A stretch of DNA of 55,706 bases. Source: a virus. A program made the translations under genes and the position numbers. This document shows, piece after piece, positions 14,285-23,659 of the stretch. Under the pieces are notes generated by a model. The model searched no databases. It was not told the DNA's origin and saw nothing but the letters and a program-made list of their open reading frames with translations. The DNA is taken from the IMG/VR virus record IMGVR_UViG_3300007345_000047; one strand, written 5' to 3'. Every line of letters starts with the position of its first letter. Position 1 is the first letter of the stretch.

Positions 14285-15474
14285 ACGCTTGCTCCAGTAG
14301 TTTTAGAAAATATTTGAGTGGCTTCCGTGCCCTTTGTTCGAACGACCTTCATTCCAGTGGAGGGTCGAGTGGTTAGGCCAGCAAGAGTGCTATCAGCTTC
14401 TTTGCCCTTCATGCCGGAACTCATTAGTCTACGCTTTGCTTCCGCTGGCGTGACTCCTTCGGGGTCTTTAATCAGACTGACAGAAGAACCTTCTCCTATC
14501 ATCTGCAGGGTGCTCACATCTACTGCCCACTTACTGTGACCTTGTCCCTGCGTAGCGGTGAAGTACTGGATGCTGCGACCAGCTGCTATGCGAGAAGCTA
14601 TCTCGTCGTGCATCGCTTCCTTCCTGTACTTCAATGATGCCATTGCATTCTCAAGAGCGAGAGTCTCGTAAGCTATAGCATCATCAGATAGTGGCTCGGG
14701 TTGAACCGTGTTCTGGTAAGCTACCGCGTCGAGGGCGGCAAGCCTTGCAGACTTACACTCGTGCCGCGCCGGACAGTGGCGGCAATGGTTACCGGATACT
14801 GTCTCTGCCTCGTCGGACACAGCTCTAGCTGCCGCGCCTCGTAGTATGTTCAGCTCGCCTCTCAGGTCGGTGGCTTCGACGATCCACTCTTTAACTGGAC
14901 CATTCGATGTGAAGCAGCGGGGCTGGATAACATGGAAGTGCACAGTAACATGCTCCATGTTATCGAGACCGAAAGTGTTAACCACGCCATCGTAGTAGCA
15001 GATAAGCTGCTTGTTCTCATACGCCGGAACATCTCCGTGCCCGTACTTGTAATCCCAGATGTGAATCGTTAGCTCTTCCGAGTCGATTATCGCAGCGTCA
15101 GGAGTACCAGAGCACTCCGCGTGGATAGCAGTTTGAACGTGCTGCTCAACCATCAGCTGGTCGTAGCCCACTCTGCCCGCCACCAGGTCGATCTCTTCTA
15201 TATATAATCTCGCACCGCGGATCATATCTTCTGTGACCACAACACCGTTGGGCGCGGTGACTCCTAACAGGCCATCATCCAGTCTGCTTGTATCCAGAGT
15301 ACCGGCCTCGGCGCAATCGAGCAGTACCGTCTCGCACACCCAGTGCGCTGCAGTACCTTCGTCCGACTGTGTCTTCCACTTGTCAGTCTCTGGTACAAGA
15401 GAAGATAGAACAACAGAGCCTGGACAGTTCGCCCAGACCTCTGCTGATGATGGAGCTAGTAGAGCGTGACTCAT
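14281..15474 (-). CDS. PD-(D/E)XK / Cas4-like nuclease (DUF2800-like)
   Basis: N-terminus HALLAPSSAEVWANCPGS plus Cys cluster CRHCPARHEC. Confidence 0.7.
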   Translation of the reverse strand: MSHALLAPSSAEVWANCPGSVVLSSLVPETDKWKTQSDEGTAAHWVCETVLLDCAEAGTLDTSRLDDGLLGVTAPNGVVVTEDMIRGARLYIEEIDLVAGRVGYDQLMVEQHVQTAIHAECSGTPDAAIIDSEELTIHIWDYKYGHGDVPAYENKQLICYYDGVVNTFGLDNMEHVTVHFHVIQPRCFTSNGPVKEWIVEATDLRGELNILRGAAARAVSDEAETVSGNHCRHCPARHECKSARLAALDAVAYQNTVQPEPLSDDAIAYETLALENAMASLKYRKEAMHDEIASRIAAGRSIQYFTATQGQGHSKWAVDVSTLQMIGEGSSVSLIKDPEGVTPAEAKRRLMSSGMKGKEADSTLAGLTTRPSTGMKVVRTKGTEATQIFSKTTGASV

Positions 15475-16328
15475 TACGCCACCAACCCTAGCGCAGCTGC
15501 TATGCTGTTGCGGGCTTCGTCGTTAGAGGCCAGCTGTGCAATAGTTTCTACACCGACAGATGCTAGATGAGGGGTCACGTCTCCCGCAGTCTTACCTGAT
15601 TGCTTCAGGGACTGTAGGAAAGCTGGCCATGTTGTTGGCAGATCCCCGCTCACTGGTACGGCAGTCGCAACACTAGGAGGGACAGGACTAGAAACAGTGG
15701 GGGGAACAGGACTGTCCACAGGTACTGGGTTCTCTGCAACAGGGACAGGGGGCGGGACGGGGGCAGATACGTGTTGATCATCCGCTCTGCTGTGAACCGC
15801 GGCAGCGAACTCTGCTGCTCTGGCTGCTCGGAATTCGGAGTCAGAGCCTTTCTTCCATATCCAGCGACCTGGCTCTTTAGAGGACGCACCGTACTTCTTT
15901 TGGTTGCTGCTGTGGATCTCGGCACTCCAAGGCACACCCGCGCTGTCCAGTTCTACGCCGTGTTCATTATTAATGGACGGAGCAGGATCCTGAACAGGGA
16001 CATACGGTGCTTCGGCGTAGTCCTCTGCAACTTCTACTTCTGCTATCACACCTGCGGGCTCTACCTCGTCGTAATCGACGGCAGCATCTTGAACCAATGT
16101 GGGTGGGGCAGGGGGTGCAGGTGCGGCTACTTTTACCTGCTCGTCGAGTTCTTTCTGCGCTGCAGCTTCTGCCGCCGCTTCTATGGCCGTAAAGTCTTGA
16201 ACTAAAGATGTGTCTACATACGGTGCTTCGGTCGCACCATTAGGAAACGCTTTCTGCACAGCTGCATCTGCGGTTAGTCCCGCATCGATGTCATCTTGCG
16301 TCAGCGTGATGTTGATATTTACTTGCAT
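15474..16328 (-). CDS. Hypothetical Ala/Pro-rich protein
   Basis: Start taken at ATG 16328 (GGAGAAAGG RBS) rather than track start 16403. Confidence 0.55.
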   Translation of the reverse strand: MQVNINITLTQDDIDAGLTADAAVQKAFPNGATEAPYVDTSLVQDFTAIEAAAEAAAQKELDEQVKVAAPAPPAPPTLVQDAAVDYDEVEPAGVIAEVEVAEDYAEAPYVPVQDPAPSINNEHGVELDSAGVPWSAEIHSSNQKKYGASSKEPGRWIWKKGSDSEFRAARAAEFAAAVHSRADDQHVSAPVPPPVPVAENPVPVDSPVPPTVSSPVPPSVATAVPVSGDLPTTWPAFLQSLKQSGKTAGDVTPHLASVGVETIAQLASNDEARNSIAAALGLVA

Positions 16329-16354
16329 ATCCTTTCTCCGGTTAAATGTTTCTG

Positions 16355-16383
16355 TTGACGAGGGAGAATAATACTCCCATAAT
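16355..16383 (+). promoter_or_regulatory. Sigma70-like promoter for the + middle block
   Basis: TTGACG (16355-16360), 17-bp spacer, CATAAT (16378-16383). Confidence 0.5.
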
Positions 16384-16397
16384 ATCCTCTTCGTCAA
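16368..16397 (-). promoter_or_regulatory. Sigma70-like promoter for the - replication block, overlapping the + promoter
   Basis: On the - strand: TTGACG (16397-16392), 18-bp spacer, TATTAT (16373-16368). Confidence 0.45.
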
Positions 16398-16446
16398 CAC
16401 CAAAACAAAATGAATTCCAAAATTTTCAAATAGGCACCGGAACTGT

Positions 16447-18099
16447 ATGCAATATAGACCTTACCAACAGGATCTCCACGATGGCGTGTACCAGTCGTGG
16501 GCAGATGGCAATAAGAATGTAAGCTGCGTGCTACCCACGGGTGGTGGCAAGACAGTAGTAATGGCTGGCGTTATTAACCAGTGGGATAGAGGACATGTGA
16601 TCGCTATCGCTCACCGGAAAGAACTGGTGGGACAGATCGCAATGGCTCTGGCTATGAACGGAGTGCACCATCAGATAGTGGGGCCATCAGCTATGGTTAG
16701 ATACATAGCGAACCGGCAGCGGCTGAAGGTGGGCGCGTCATTCCATGACACAGCTGCTAAGACAATAGTTGCCAGCGTAGACACCTTGATTGCACCTGGC
16801 CGGCAAGAGGCAGTGAAAGTCTGGAAGGATCAGGTAGGTCTCTGGGTTATCGACGAGTGTCACCACGTAGTAGAGGGGAACAAGTGGGGCAAGGCTACTG
16901 GTCTCTTCCAGAATGCTGCTGGCCTGGGGTTCACCGCTACACTATGTAGAGCAGATGGTAAAGGGCTGGGATCACACAGTGGTGGAGTATTCGATTCTAT
17001 TGTAGAGGGACCAGCCATGCGTACCCTCATCGACCAGGGGCATTTGTGTGACTATAAGATCTTCGCCCCTCTCACCTACATGCCGCTGGCCGAGACAGAT
17101 GTCACAGCCGGTGGAGACTACAGCTCTGCTAAATTAAAAGCAGCCTCTAAGAAGTCCCAGATCGTTGGTGATGTTGTCGGTAGCTATGAGAAGTTCTGTC
17201 TCGGTAAGTCTACTGTGGTATTCGCCACCGACCTAGAGACCGCGGCTGATATGAATGCGAACTATCGTGCGGCTGGTCACAAGTCTGAGATGGTTAGTGC
17301 TAACACCAAGACAGAGATTCGATCAGAGATCCTCGACAGGTTCGAGCGTAAGGAATTCCAGATACTAATCAACGTAGACCTGCTCGGCGAAGGCTTCGAC
17401 TGTCCAGGCATAGAGGCAGTGCTATTCGCCAGACCAACGGAGTCCTACGGCTTGTACTGCCAGCAGTTTGGCAGAGCCCTTCGACCACTGGCCGGCAAAG
17501 AGTACGCACTTATCATAGACCACGTAGGAAATGTGGTGCGGCACGGACTACCCGACGCACCGAGAGTGTGGTCACTGGATGCACGGGAGAGAAACCCCAA
17601 GACAGTAAACCCAGATGACCAGATCCCCCTGCGCTACTGCGAAGAATGCACCCAGCCCTACAGCCGAGTGATGGTGGCGTGCCCGTACTGTGGCAACGAA
17701 CCGAAGCCAGACCCGAGAGGCAGACCCGAGTTCGTGGATGGAGACATCTTCGAGATCAGTGCTGAAGTTCTCGCCGAGCTACGGGGAGAGATCGCACGGA
17801 TCGACACACCGGCTGAAGAGGTGGCACGCAGAATGAAAGCTATGGGTGCGAACCCACGAGCAATCGGTGGTGCATTCAAGAACATCAAAGCGAGAAGCGA
17901 GATGCAAGCTGCACTCAGAACCACCATGCAGTGGTGGGGTGCTGCAGAGAACGAGCGGGGGTTCTCAGACCGAGAAGCCCAGCGTAGGTTCTTTCACAAA
18001 TTTGGGGTGGATGTACTTACAGCCCAGACACTAGGAAAATCTGATGCACTCGCATTGGCTAACAAAATTAACACTGACCTTGGAGGGCCAGAGATATGA
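16447..18099 (+). CDS. SF2 DEAD/DEAH-box DNA helicase with C-terminal zinc ribbon
   Basis: Walker A LPTGGGKT, DExH box VIDECHH, and CEEC...CPYC. Confidence 0.85.
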   Translation: MQYRPYQQDLHDGVYQSWADGNKNVSCVLPTGGGKTVVMAGVINQWDRGHVIAIAHRKELVGQIAMALAMNGVHHQIVGPSAMVRYIANRQRLKVGASFHDTAAKTIVASVDTLIAPGRQEAVKVWKDQVGLWVIDECHHVVEGNKWGKATGLFQNAAGLGFTATLCRADGKGLGSHSGGVFDSIVEGPAMRTLIDQGHLCDYKIFAPLTYMPLAETDVTAGGDYSSAKLKAASKKSQIVGDVVGSYEKFCLGKSTVVFATDLETAADMNANYRAAGHKSEMVSANTKTEIRSEILDRFERKEFQILINVDLLGEGFDCPGIEAVLFARPTESYGLYCQQFGRALRPLAGKEYALIIDHVGNVVRHGLPDAPRVWSLDARERNPKTVNPDDQIPLRYCEECTQPYSRVMVACPYCGNEPKPDPRGRPEFVDGDIFEISAEVLAELRGEIARIDTPAEEVARRMKAMGANPRAIGGAFKNIKARSEMQAALRTTMQWWGAAENERGFSDREAQRRFFHKFGVDVLTAQTLGKSDALALANKINTDLGGPEI

Positions 18100-18290
18100 G
18101 TAAAACATTTACAGTCATACGAAAAGAAGAGACCGAGTGCACTTTCCGATGGGGCGAGGAGTTCATCGCGGGGTGCCCAATAGTGGATGCAGACTCCGCT
18201 CAAGAGACGTTCAATTACTTTGAGAGCATCGATTCCTCCCTACTCCAGACCTCGCAGTCCCTCTCCATCACTTCCGGAAAGAAGGAATAG
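18096..18290 (+). CDS. Hypothetical protein
   Basis: 64-aa ORF with an ATGA overlap with the helicase stop. Confidence 0.45.
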   Translation: MSKTFTVIRKEETECTFRWGEEFIAGCPIVDADSAQETFNYFESIDSSLLQTSQSLSITSGKKE

Positions 18291-18292
18291 AC

Positions 18293-19054
18293 ATGAAAAA
18301 TATATACACGTACACACTTCTGTTCGCGCTGTGTTTCGGCACGGTCGAGACAGCCGAGGCTGCTAACTATGACGGGGAGAAGTGGACAACGACATTCAAC
18401 TGGATGATCTCTGACACCTGCCCAGCCTACGTTAAGACCTCAGTTGAGGAGATGCTGAACAAGCATGGGCCTGTCGATAACGTGTACCAGAGGAAGACAT
18501 ATGTAGCTCCGACACACGGAGACAGGTCTAACGTGATCTACTGCGGCTTCGAAGATGTGATGGAGTCGATGCTACAGAAGCCGCTGCCCCGCTACATGGG
18601 CTACAACATGGAGGAGGCTACAGGTGGCAGGGCACGATGGAGTTGGTATGAGTCTAGCCTACAGATAGTGGAGTGCGATGTGTGGTTGTCTACGCTGTAC
18701 ATGAACCAGTGGAATGTGGATAAGTACACGCTGCACGAAGTAGTAGGGCATTGTATGGGACTGCGACACTCTGACATCCCTGACGCTGTGATGTACTTTG
18801 CGCCTTACGCTCAAGCTCTACACGTTGACGACTACTCGGGATTGTATGAGCTGTATGAGAAGTGCGATGGAGTACCCTATGTGGACGTTAGAGGTAACAT
18901 CTACCTACCTGAGCTGGGCATTGACGATCTGCTAGAAGACCTAGACCGTAGGGAGTACGATAAGTGGGTTGGTATTAAGCTGTCTGCTATGCTGGACGCT
19001 AACGAGGAATGGCCTAGCGGTGTGTATAACATTAAGGAGAGCACCTGTGACTAG
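18293..19054 (+). CDS. Secreted zinc metalloprotease (metzincin/matrixin-like)
   Basis: Signal peptide MKNIYTYTLLFALCFGTVETAEA and HEVVGHCMGLRH (HExxHxxGxxH). Confidence 0.7.
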   Translation: MKNIYTYTLLFALCFGTVETAEAANYDGEKWTTTFNWMISDTCPAYVKTSVEEMLNKHGPVDNVYQRKTYVAPTHGDRSNVIYCGFEDVMESMLQKPLPRYMGYNMEEATGGRARWSWYESSLQIVECDVWLSTLYMNQWNVDKYTLHEVVGHCMGLRHSDIPDAVMYFAPYAQALHVDDYSGLYELYEKCDGVPYVDVRGNIYLPELGIDDLLEDLDRREYDKWVGIKLSAMLDANEEWPSGVYNIKESTCD

Positions 19055-19523
19055 CGTTAAAGACTGGCAACTCAAGTGGAATGTCAGCGACCTGGCACTC
19101 GCCGACCTCCACCAGGCTATGGTGCTGGAAGCATCCCCAGACACGATCAACCCCAAGACACCGGAGCAGATAACCCAGGCCGAGGTAAGGGTCGAGGCTG
19201 CAAACAAGGGACTGGTGCTGTGGCGTAACAACGTGGGGCTGGCATTCGATGACCGCGGCAACCCCATCAGATTCGGACTGGCGAATGACTCTGCCAAGAT
19301 GAATAGGAATATCAAGTCGTCGGATCTCATTGGGATCCGGCCAGTTACAATCACACTTCCAATGGTTGGAACTACATTGGGACAATTTGTTGCAAGAGAA
19401 ATCAAAAGAGAAAGCTGGAAGTACAAGGGTACTCAACGAGAAGCAGCGCAAGCTAAATTCCTAGAGCTGATACTCCTATATGGAGGGGATGCGGGCTTCG
19501 CGAACGGAACCGGCACTCTCTAA
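19047..19523 (+). CDS. VRR-NUC / PD-(D/E)XK-like nuclease
   Basis: GTG 19047 has an AAGGAGA RBS. The motifs SSDLIGI ... FVAREIK fit D...ExK. Confidence 0.5.
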   Translation: MTSVKDWQLKWNVSDLALADLHQAMVLEASPDTINPKTPEQITQAEVRVEAANKGLVLWRNNVGLAFDDRGNPIRFGLANDSAKMNRNIKSSDLIGIRPVTITLPMVGTTLGQFVAREIKRESWKYKGTQREAAQAKFLELILLYGGDAGFANGTGTL

Positions 19524-19526
19524 TTA

Positions 19527-19556
19527 TTGACGCAGCGATCATCACACCTGTATTAT
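19527..19556 (+). promoter_or_regulatory. Sigma70-like internal promoter
   Basis: TTGACG (19527-19532), 18-bp spacer, TATTAT (19551-19556) preceded by TG. Confidence 0.5.
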
Positions 19557-19583
19557 TAACCGATCAATCACGAGGAAAGAACC

Positions 19584-19889
19584 ATGACCCGCCTAAGACT
19601 AGACCCTGAAGTCAGGAAAGAAAACATTATACAGTCGGCACTCGCCGTCTCAAGAAAGGATGGCCTAACCAGAGTCACCCGCAAAACTGTGGCCGAGCAC
19701 GCCGGCATAGCAGAGGGGCTGGTGTCCCACTACTACAACACAATGAACCAGCTGCGGAGAGATGTTGCGAGACGCGCAATGGCAGATGAAGATCCCGTCC
19801 TCCTCTCTATGATGCTGTCGGATCCCAAGCTGAAGAAGAGGCTAGACCCTCGCCACAAAGAGATCGCCATTAACCACCTACAGGGATAA
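19584..19889 (+). CDS. TetR-type HTH DNA-binding protein (HTH domain only, 101 aa)
   Basis: RKENIIQSALAVSRKDGLTRVTRKTVAEHAGIAEGLVSHYY matches the TetR N-terminal HTH pattern. Confidence 0.65.
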   Translation: MTRLRLDPEVRKENIIQSALAVSRKDGLTRVTRKTVAEHAGIAEGLVSHYYNTMNQLRRDVARRAMADEDPVLLSMMLSDPKLKKRLDPRHKEIAINHLQG

Positions 19890-19892
19890 ACC

Positions 19893-22319
19893 ATGCAGTA
19901 CTTACCGAGATCATTTGCAGGACTCGGTAGCTACCCGCAGTTTATACTGTGTCAGATTGCCCAGAAGAAGGGCAAGTCTATAAAGCTACCGCTAGATCAT
20001 CGAACAATGAACGCTGGCAATCCTCACGACCGCGCCATCTGGATGAGTTTCGATGAAGTTAAAAACAAGATGGCCAAGCTGGGATCAGAGTATGCCGTCG
20101 GATTCGTATTCACCGAGGAAGATCCGTTCTTCTTTCTCGACATCGACAAGTGTATAGATGCGGAGACGGGTGAGCTCAATGAGATCGCCACGTATCTGGT
20201 GTCTGCATTTCCAGGTGCTGCAGTAGAACGCTCGCAGTCTGGCATAGGCTTGCACATTTTCGGGACAGGCCACTGCCCAGACCACAGCTGTAAGAATATA
20301 CCGCTGGGCATAGAGCTGTACACGCAAGAGAGATTTGTGATGTTGACCGGCGACGACGCGACCGGAGACATACGACTGGATTGCACCCTGCCTCTTGAGG
20401 TTATTGTCGATGCGTATTTCACACCCAGTGAGAGCGGCGACGACGGAGAGTGGAATGACTTCCCTCACCCAGACTGGAGTGGACCAGAAGATGACGACGT
20501 TCTAATCTCCAAAGCTATGGGTGCGAGGAGTGCCAGCTCCGTGTTCAATGGCCGCGCCACTTTCCGAGATCTATTTGAAGCGAATGAGGTGGTGCTCGCA
20601 GCAGCTTACCCCGACCAGGGGGGCAGAGAGTACGACGCTAGTTCTGCAGACGCAGCACTGGCACAGCACTTAGCCTTCTGGACAGGCAACAATCACGAGC
20701 GGATCCAGCGCATCATGGAGAAGTCCATGCTGGTGAGAGAGAAGTGGGAAGACCGAGGCAACTACTACCTGCCCATGACTATCCGCAAAGCTACCTCTCG
20801 TCAGACAGAGTTCTACAGTTCCGGCCACAAGCCCAAGCCCACCACCACTGCATCACCTAGTCACACTTCGACAGCCCCCTCCTTCCCTGGCGCACCCAGC
20901 ACTATGAAAGGTAAGGCCGTCGAGGGCGTAGCCTTCATGGGGGTGGAGGAGCAGGTACGACACTTCGATGGGTGTGTGTACATCCGAGACCTGCACAGAA
21001 TTTTTGTACCCAGCGGAGCATTCTTAAACACCGAGAGGTTCAGGGCGACCTACGGTGGATACGCATTCGCTATGGATGCCACAGCTTCCTCGACATCTAA
21101 GAATGCGTGGGAGGTGTTCACTGAGTCTCAGGCGTATCGATTCCCTAAAGTAGACGGACACTTCTTCCGTCCACTCGACGCGCCTGGTCAGATAACAGAA
21201 GATGAAGGACGGACTTATGTCAACACCTACATCCCAATCACCACGCCCCGTGTTGCGGGGGACGCAACACCCTTCACAGATCTTGTTGCAAAGATACTTC
21301 CAGACGAAAGAGACCGAGCCATTCTTATGGCCTACCTCGCAGGAGTTGTCCAGTATCCAGGCACAAAATTCCAGTACTGCTGCGTTCTGCAAGGCACAGA
21401 GGGAAACGGTAAAAGCACACTTCTCCGAGCTGTTGAGTATGCTGTCGGCAAGAGGTACACCCACCAGCCCAATAGTGGTGAGCTTGCCAGAGGTGGAGGT
21501 AAGTTCACGGGTTGGCTTGATGGCAAGCTATTCATTGGAGTGGAAGAGATCCATGTCCCGAATAAACCAGGGGGGCTGCTCGACTCGTTGAAGCCACTGC
21601 TCACCAACACTCGGATCGAGCTGCAAGCTAAGGGTCAAGACCAAGCGATGGGCGACAACGTGGCGAACTGGTTGCTGCTATGTAATAGAAAAGATGACGT
21701 GCCCCTGACCTTAGACGGCAGAAGATACTGCGTGCTATTCAGCCAGCAGCAATCACACGCCGACTGTCTGGCCAGTGGGATGACCGACGCATACTGGTCT
21801 GGGTTCTGGAACTGGATCAAGAAAGAGAACGGCTTTGCAATTATCAACAACTACTTGCAAGAGTTTAAGATCCAAGACGAGTTCAATCCTTCTATGATCT
21901 CTCGTGCACCATCTACCACTGTGACAGAAGAGGCCATCGACTTAACCAAGACTGACCTAGAGCAGCTGCTACAGCTTGCGATCAGTGAGGAGAGGTGTGG
22001 GTTTGCTGGGGGCTGGGTGTCATCGACACTACTGCACGAGCTATTCCAAGACCACAACCTATACCTGCCCTACAATAAGACTCGGATATTCATGCAGTCC
22101 CAGGGCTACGACTGGCACCCTGCGATGGCGAGTACAGGAGGCAAGGCATCTCGGAAAGTATCAGCTGAAGGAGCCAGACCGACGCTGTACGTGCAGCGGG
22201 AGCACATGGCCGCTAGTCACACAAATGCCCCCGCTGCCACGTCAGCCTACGAGAAGGCGCAGGGATATCAACTATCACCAGAGTCAGCATTTGCTCTAGG
22301 AGCTAATTATGCGTTATGA
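19893..22319 (+). CDS. Primase-polymerase / D5-P4-type helicase fusion
   Basis: N-terminal prim-pol-like FFFLDIDKC and GIGLHIFG. Walker A VLQGTEGNGKSTLL in the C-terminal half. Confidence 0.8.
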   Translation: MQYLPRSFAGLGSYPQFILCQIAQKKGKSIKLPLDHRTMNAGNPHDRAIWMSFDEVKNKMAKLGSEYAVGFVFTEEDPFFFLDIDKCIDAETGELNEIATYLVSAFPGAAVERSQSGIGLHIFGTGHCPDHSCKNIPLGIELYTQERFVMLTGDDATGDIRLDCTLPLEVIVDAYFTPSESGDDGEWNDFPHPDWSGPEDDDVLISKAMGARSASSVFNGRATFRDLFEANEVVLAAAYPDQGGREYDASSADAALAQHLAFWTGNNHERIQRIMEKSMLVREKWEDRGNYYLPMTIRKATSRQTEFYSSGHKPKPTTTASPSHTSTAPSFPGAPSTMKGKAVEGVAFMGVEEQVRHFDGCVYIRDLHRIFVPSGAFLNTERFRATYGGYAFAMDATASSTSKNAWEVFTESQAYRFPKVDGHFFRPLDAPGQITEDEGRTYVNTYIPITTPRVAGDATPFTDLVAKILPDERDRAILMAYLAGVVQYPGTKFQYCCVLQGTEGNGKSTLLRAVEYAVGKRYTHQPNSGELARGGGKFTGWLDGKLFIGVEEIHVPNKPGGLLDSLKPLLTNTRIELQAKGQDQAMGDNVANWLLLCNRKDDVPLTLDGRRYCVLFSQQQSHADCLASGMTDAYWSGFWNWIKKENGFAIINNYLQEFKIQDEFNPSMISRAPSTTVTEEAIDLTKTDLEQLLQLAISEERCGFAGGWVSSTLLHELFQDHNLYLPYNKTRIFMQSQGYDWHPAMASTGGKASRKVSAEGARPTLYVQREHMAASHTNAPAATSAYEKAQGYQLSPESAFALGANYAL

Positions 22320-22734
22320 AGTTGTAGACAAACTAGCCAAAGTGTTATTCAAGAAACATGCGGATCAGCAAGATTGGGAGGTGCTCGACTGGGAGCTGAT
22401 GTCCACATCGCAACGTCTGCACTGGAGAGACGAGGCGCAGCGGAAGCTGGACTCGGGCTTTGCGGGTTTCAACAGCGATTGGGCAAGGGAGATGGTGTGT
22501 GATTCGTTTACCAAGAACAAGCACAACCACTACTACAAAGACGTGAGCAAGCTCCAGAGCATCGATGTCTACAGGGTGCTGAGTCTGTTCAATGTGAGTG
22601 ACCCGTGTATACAGCACGCCACTAAGAAGCTGCTCGTGGCCGGTGGCCGCGGTGCTGGCAAAGATATAACCCAAGACATACAAGAAGCCATCGACTCACT
22701 AGAGCGGTGGAAGGAGATGCAGATTGAAAGCTAA
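22309..22734 (+). CDS. Hypothetical protein (DUF3310-like from memory)
   Basis: 141-aa ORF with HYYKDV...IDVYRVL...HATKKLL. Confidence 0.5.
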   Translation: MRYEVVDKLAKVLFKKHADQQDWEVLDWELMSTSQRLHWRDEAQRKLDSGFAGFNSDWAREMVCDSFTKNKHNHYYKDVSKLQSIDVYRVLSLFNVSDPCIQHATKKLLVAGGRGAGKDITQDIQEAIDSLERWKEMQIES

Positions 22735-22739
22735 AGACA
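22711..22739. repeat. 29-bp direct repeat, copy 1 (partner at 22877-22905)
   Basis: aaggagatgcagattgaaagctaaagaca is identical at both sites. Confidence 0.95.
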
Positions 22740-22900
22740 ACTTAGAATGGGGTCTCCACATGAACTGTGCGCTACCCAACTGTGATAGGAAAGTTACTTC
22801 GGTCGCCACTGTGTGCGCCGAGTGTACGCACGCTATTCGAGACCGGATCGCGGAAGAGATGCGAGCCGAACGACTAAAGGAGATGCAGATTGAAAGCTAA
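22724..22900 (+). CDS. Small CxxC...CxxC zinc-finger protein
   Basis: TTG 22724 lies behind the duplicated AAGGAG RBS (or ATG 22760). Reads NCALPNCDRK...CAECTH and ends KEMQIES like the upstream gene. Confidence 0.4.
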   Translation: MKAKDNLEWGLHMNCALPNCDRKVTSVATVCAECTHAIRDRIAEEMRAERLKEMQIES

Positions 22901-22905
22901 AGACA
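22877..22905. repeat. 29-bp direct repeat, copy 2
   Basis: Identical to 22711-22739. Confidence 0.95.
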
Positions 22906-23420
22906 TAGAGCAGTACGTCGTGAGACCAGCCCTGAGAGCACTGGGCGTGTACGACGATCGAATGTATACCGAAGCATCGGTTCAGCTAATGATGGGTACG
23001 ATCGCTCAGGAGAGCGACCTGGGTGCCTTCAGTAGCCAGATCGGAGGCGGTCCAGCCCTTGGCCTGGGTCAGGTGGAGCGCAATACCCACACAGATAATA
23101 TGATTAACTTCGCCTGGAGCAGGAAGGATCTACTCAGCTGCCTACAGTCTGTGTCGCTGCTGCCCATCACCAACCACTTCACTGACGAGCCAGAGTTCTT
23201 CTACTCGGAAGAGTTCCACCTGCAGCTGGAGTACAACTGGATCTACAACGTGGCACATGCCCGCCTGAAGTTCTGGCGTGCACCTAAAGATCTGCCGAAG
23301 ATGGATGACCTGCTAGGGATGGGGATGTATTGGGACACACACTATAACGCGAACCCGCGGCACGGAACGCCGAAGGACTGGGTGGATAGCTACAAGTACT
23401 TTGTACTGGGGGAGCGTTAG
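22890..23420 (+). CDS. Lysozyme-like / lytic transglycosylase-like protein (candidate endolysin)
   Basis: SLT-like GTIAQESDLG and GLGQVE. TTG start lies 7 nt after AAGGAG. Confidence 0.55.
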   Translation: MKAKDIEQYVVRPALRALGVYDDRMYTEASVQLMMGTIAQESDLGAFSSQIGGGPALGLGQVERNTHTDNMINFAWSRKDLLSCLQSVSLLPITNHFTDEPEFFYSEEFHLQLEYNWIYNVAHARLKFWRAPKDLPKMDDLLGMGMYWDTHYNANPRHGTPKDWVDSYKYFVLGER

Positions 23421-23659
23421 TCGCAGTCGAGGATACTTTCTAAGTCTGCCGGTGTGATCCCAGTCACATCTAAGCCCGATGGGATCTCCACATAGTTAAC
23501 TCTAGCTCTGGCCGTAGCGAAGGGGTTGTTACCAGTAACGATCTCTCCGCATACGCGCACAATAGCATTCTCGCCATCCTCTACCAGTAAGGCTTCGATG
23601 GGGTTTGATTGGCAACCAGCTAGTACTAGGGCTGCTACTGCTACTAATAAATATCTCAT
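23417..23659 (-). CDS. Lipoprotein (o-spanin-like by size and position)
   Basis: MRYLLVAVAALVLAGC lipobox. Start ATG 23659 overlaps the upstream stop (ATGA). Confidence 0.6.
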   Translation of the reverse strand: MRYLLVAVAALVLAGCQSNPIEALLVEDGENAIVRVCGEIVTGNNPFATARARVNYVEIPSGLDVTGITPADLESILDCD

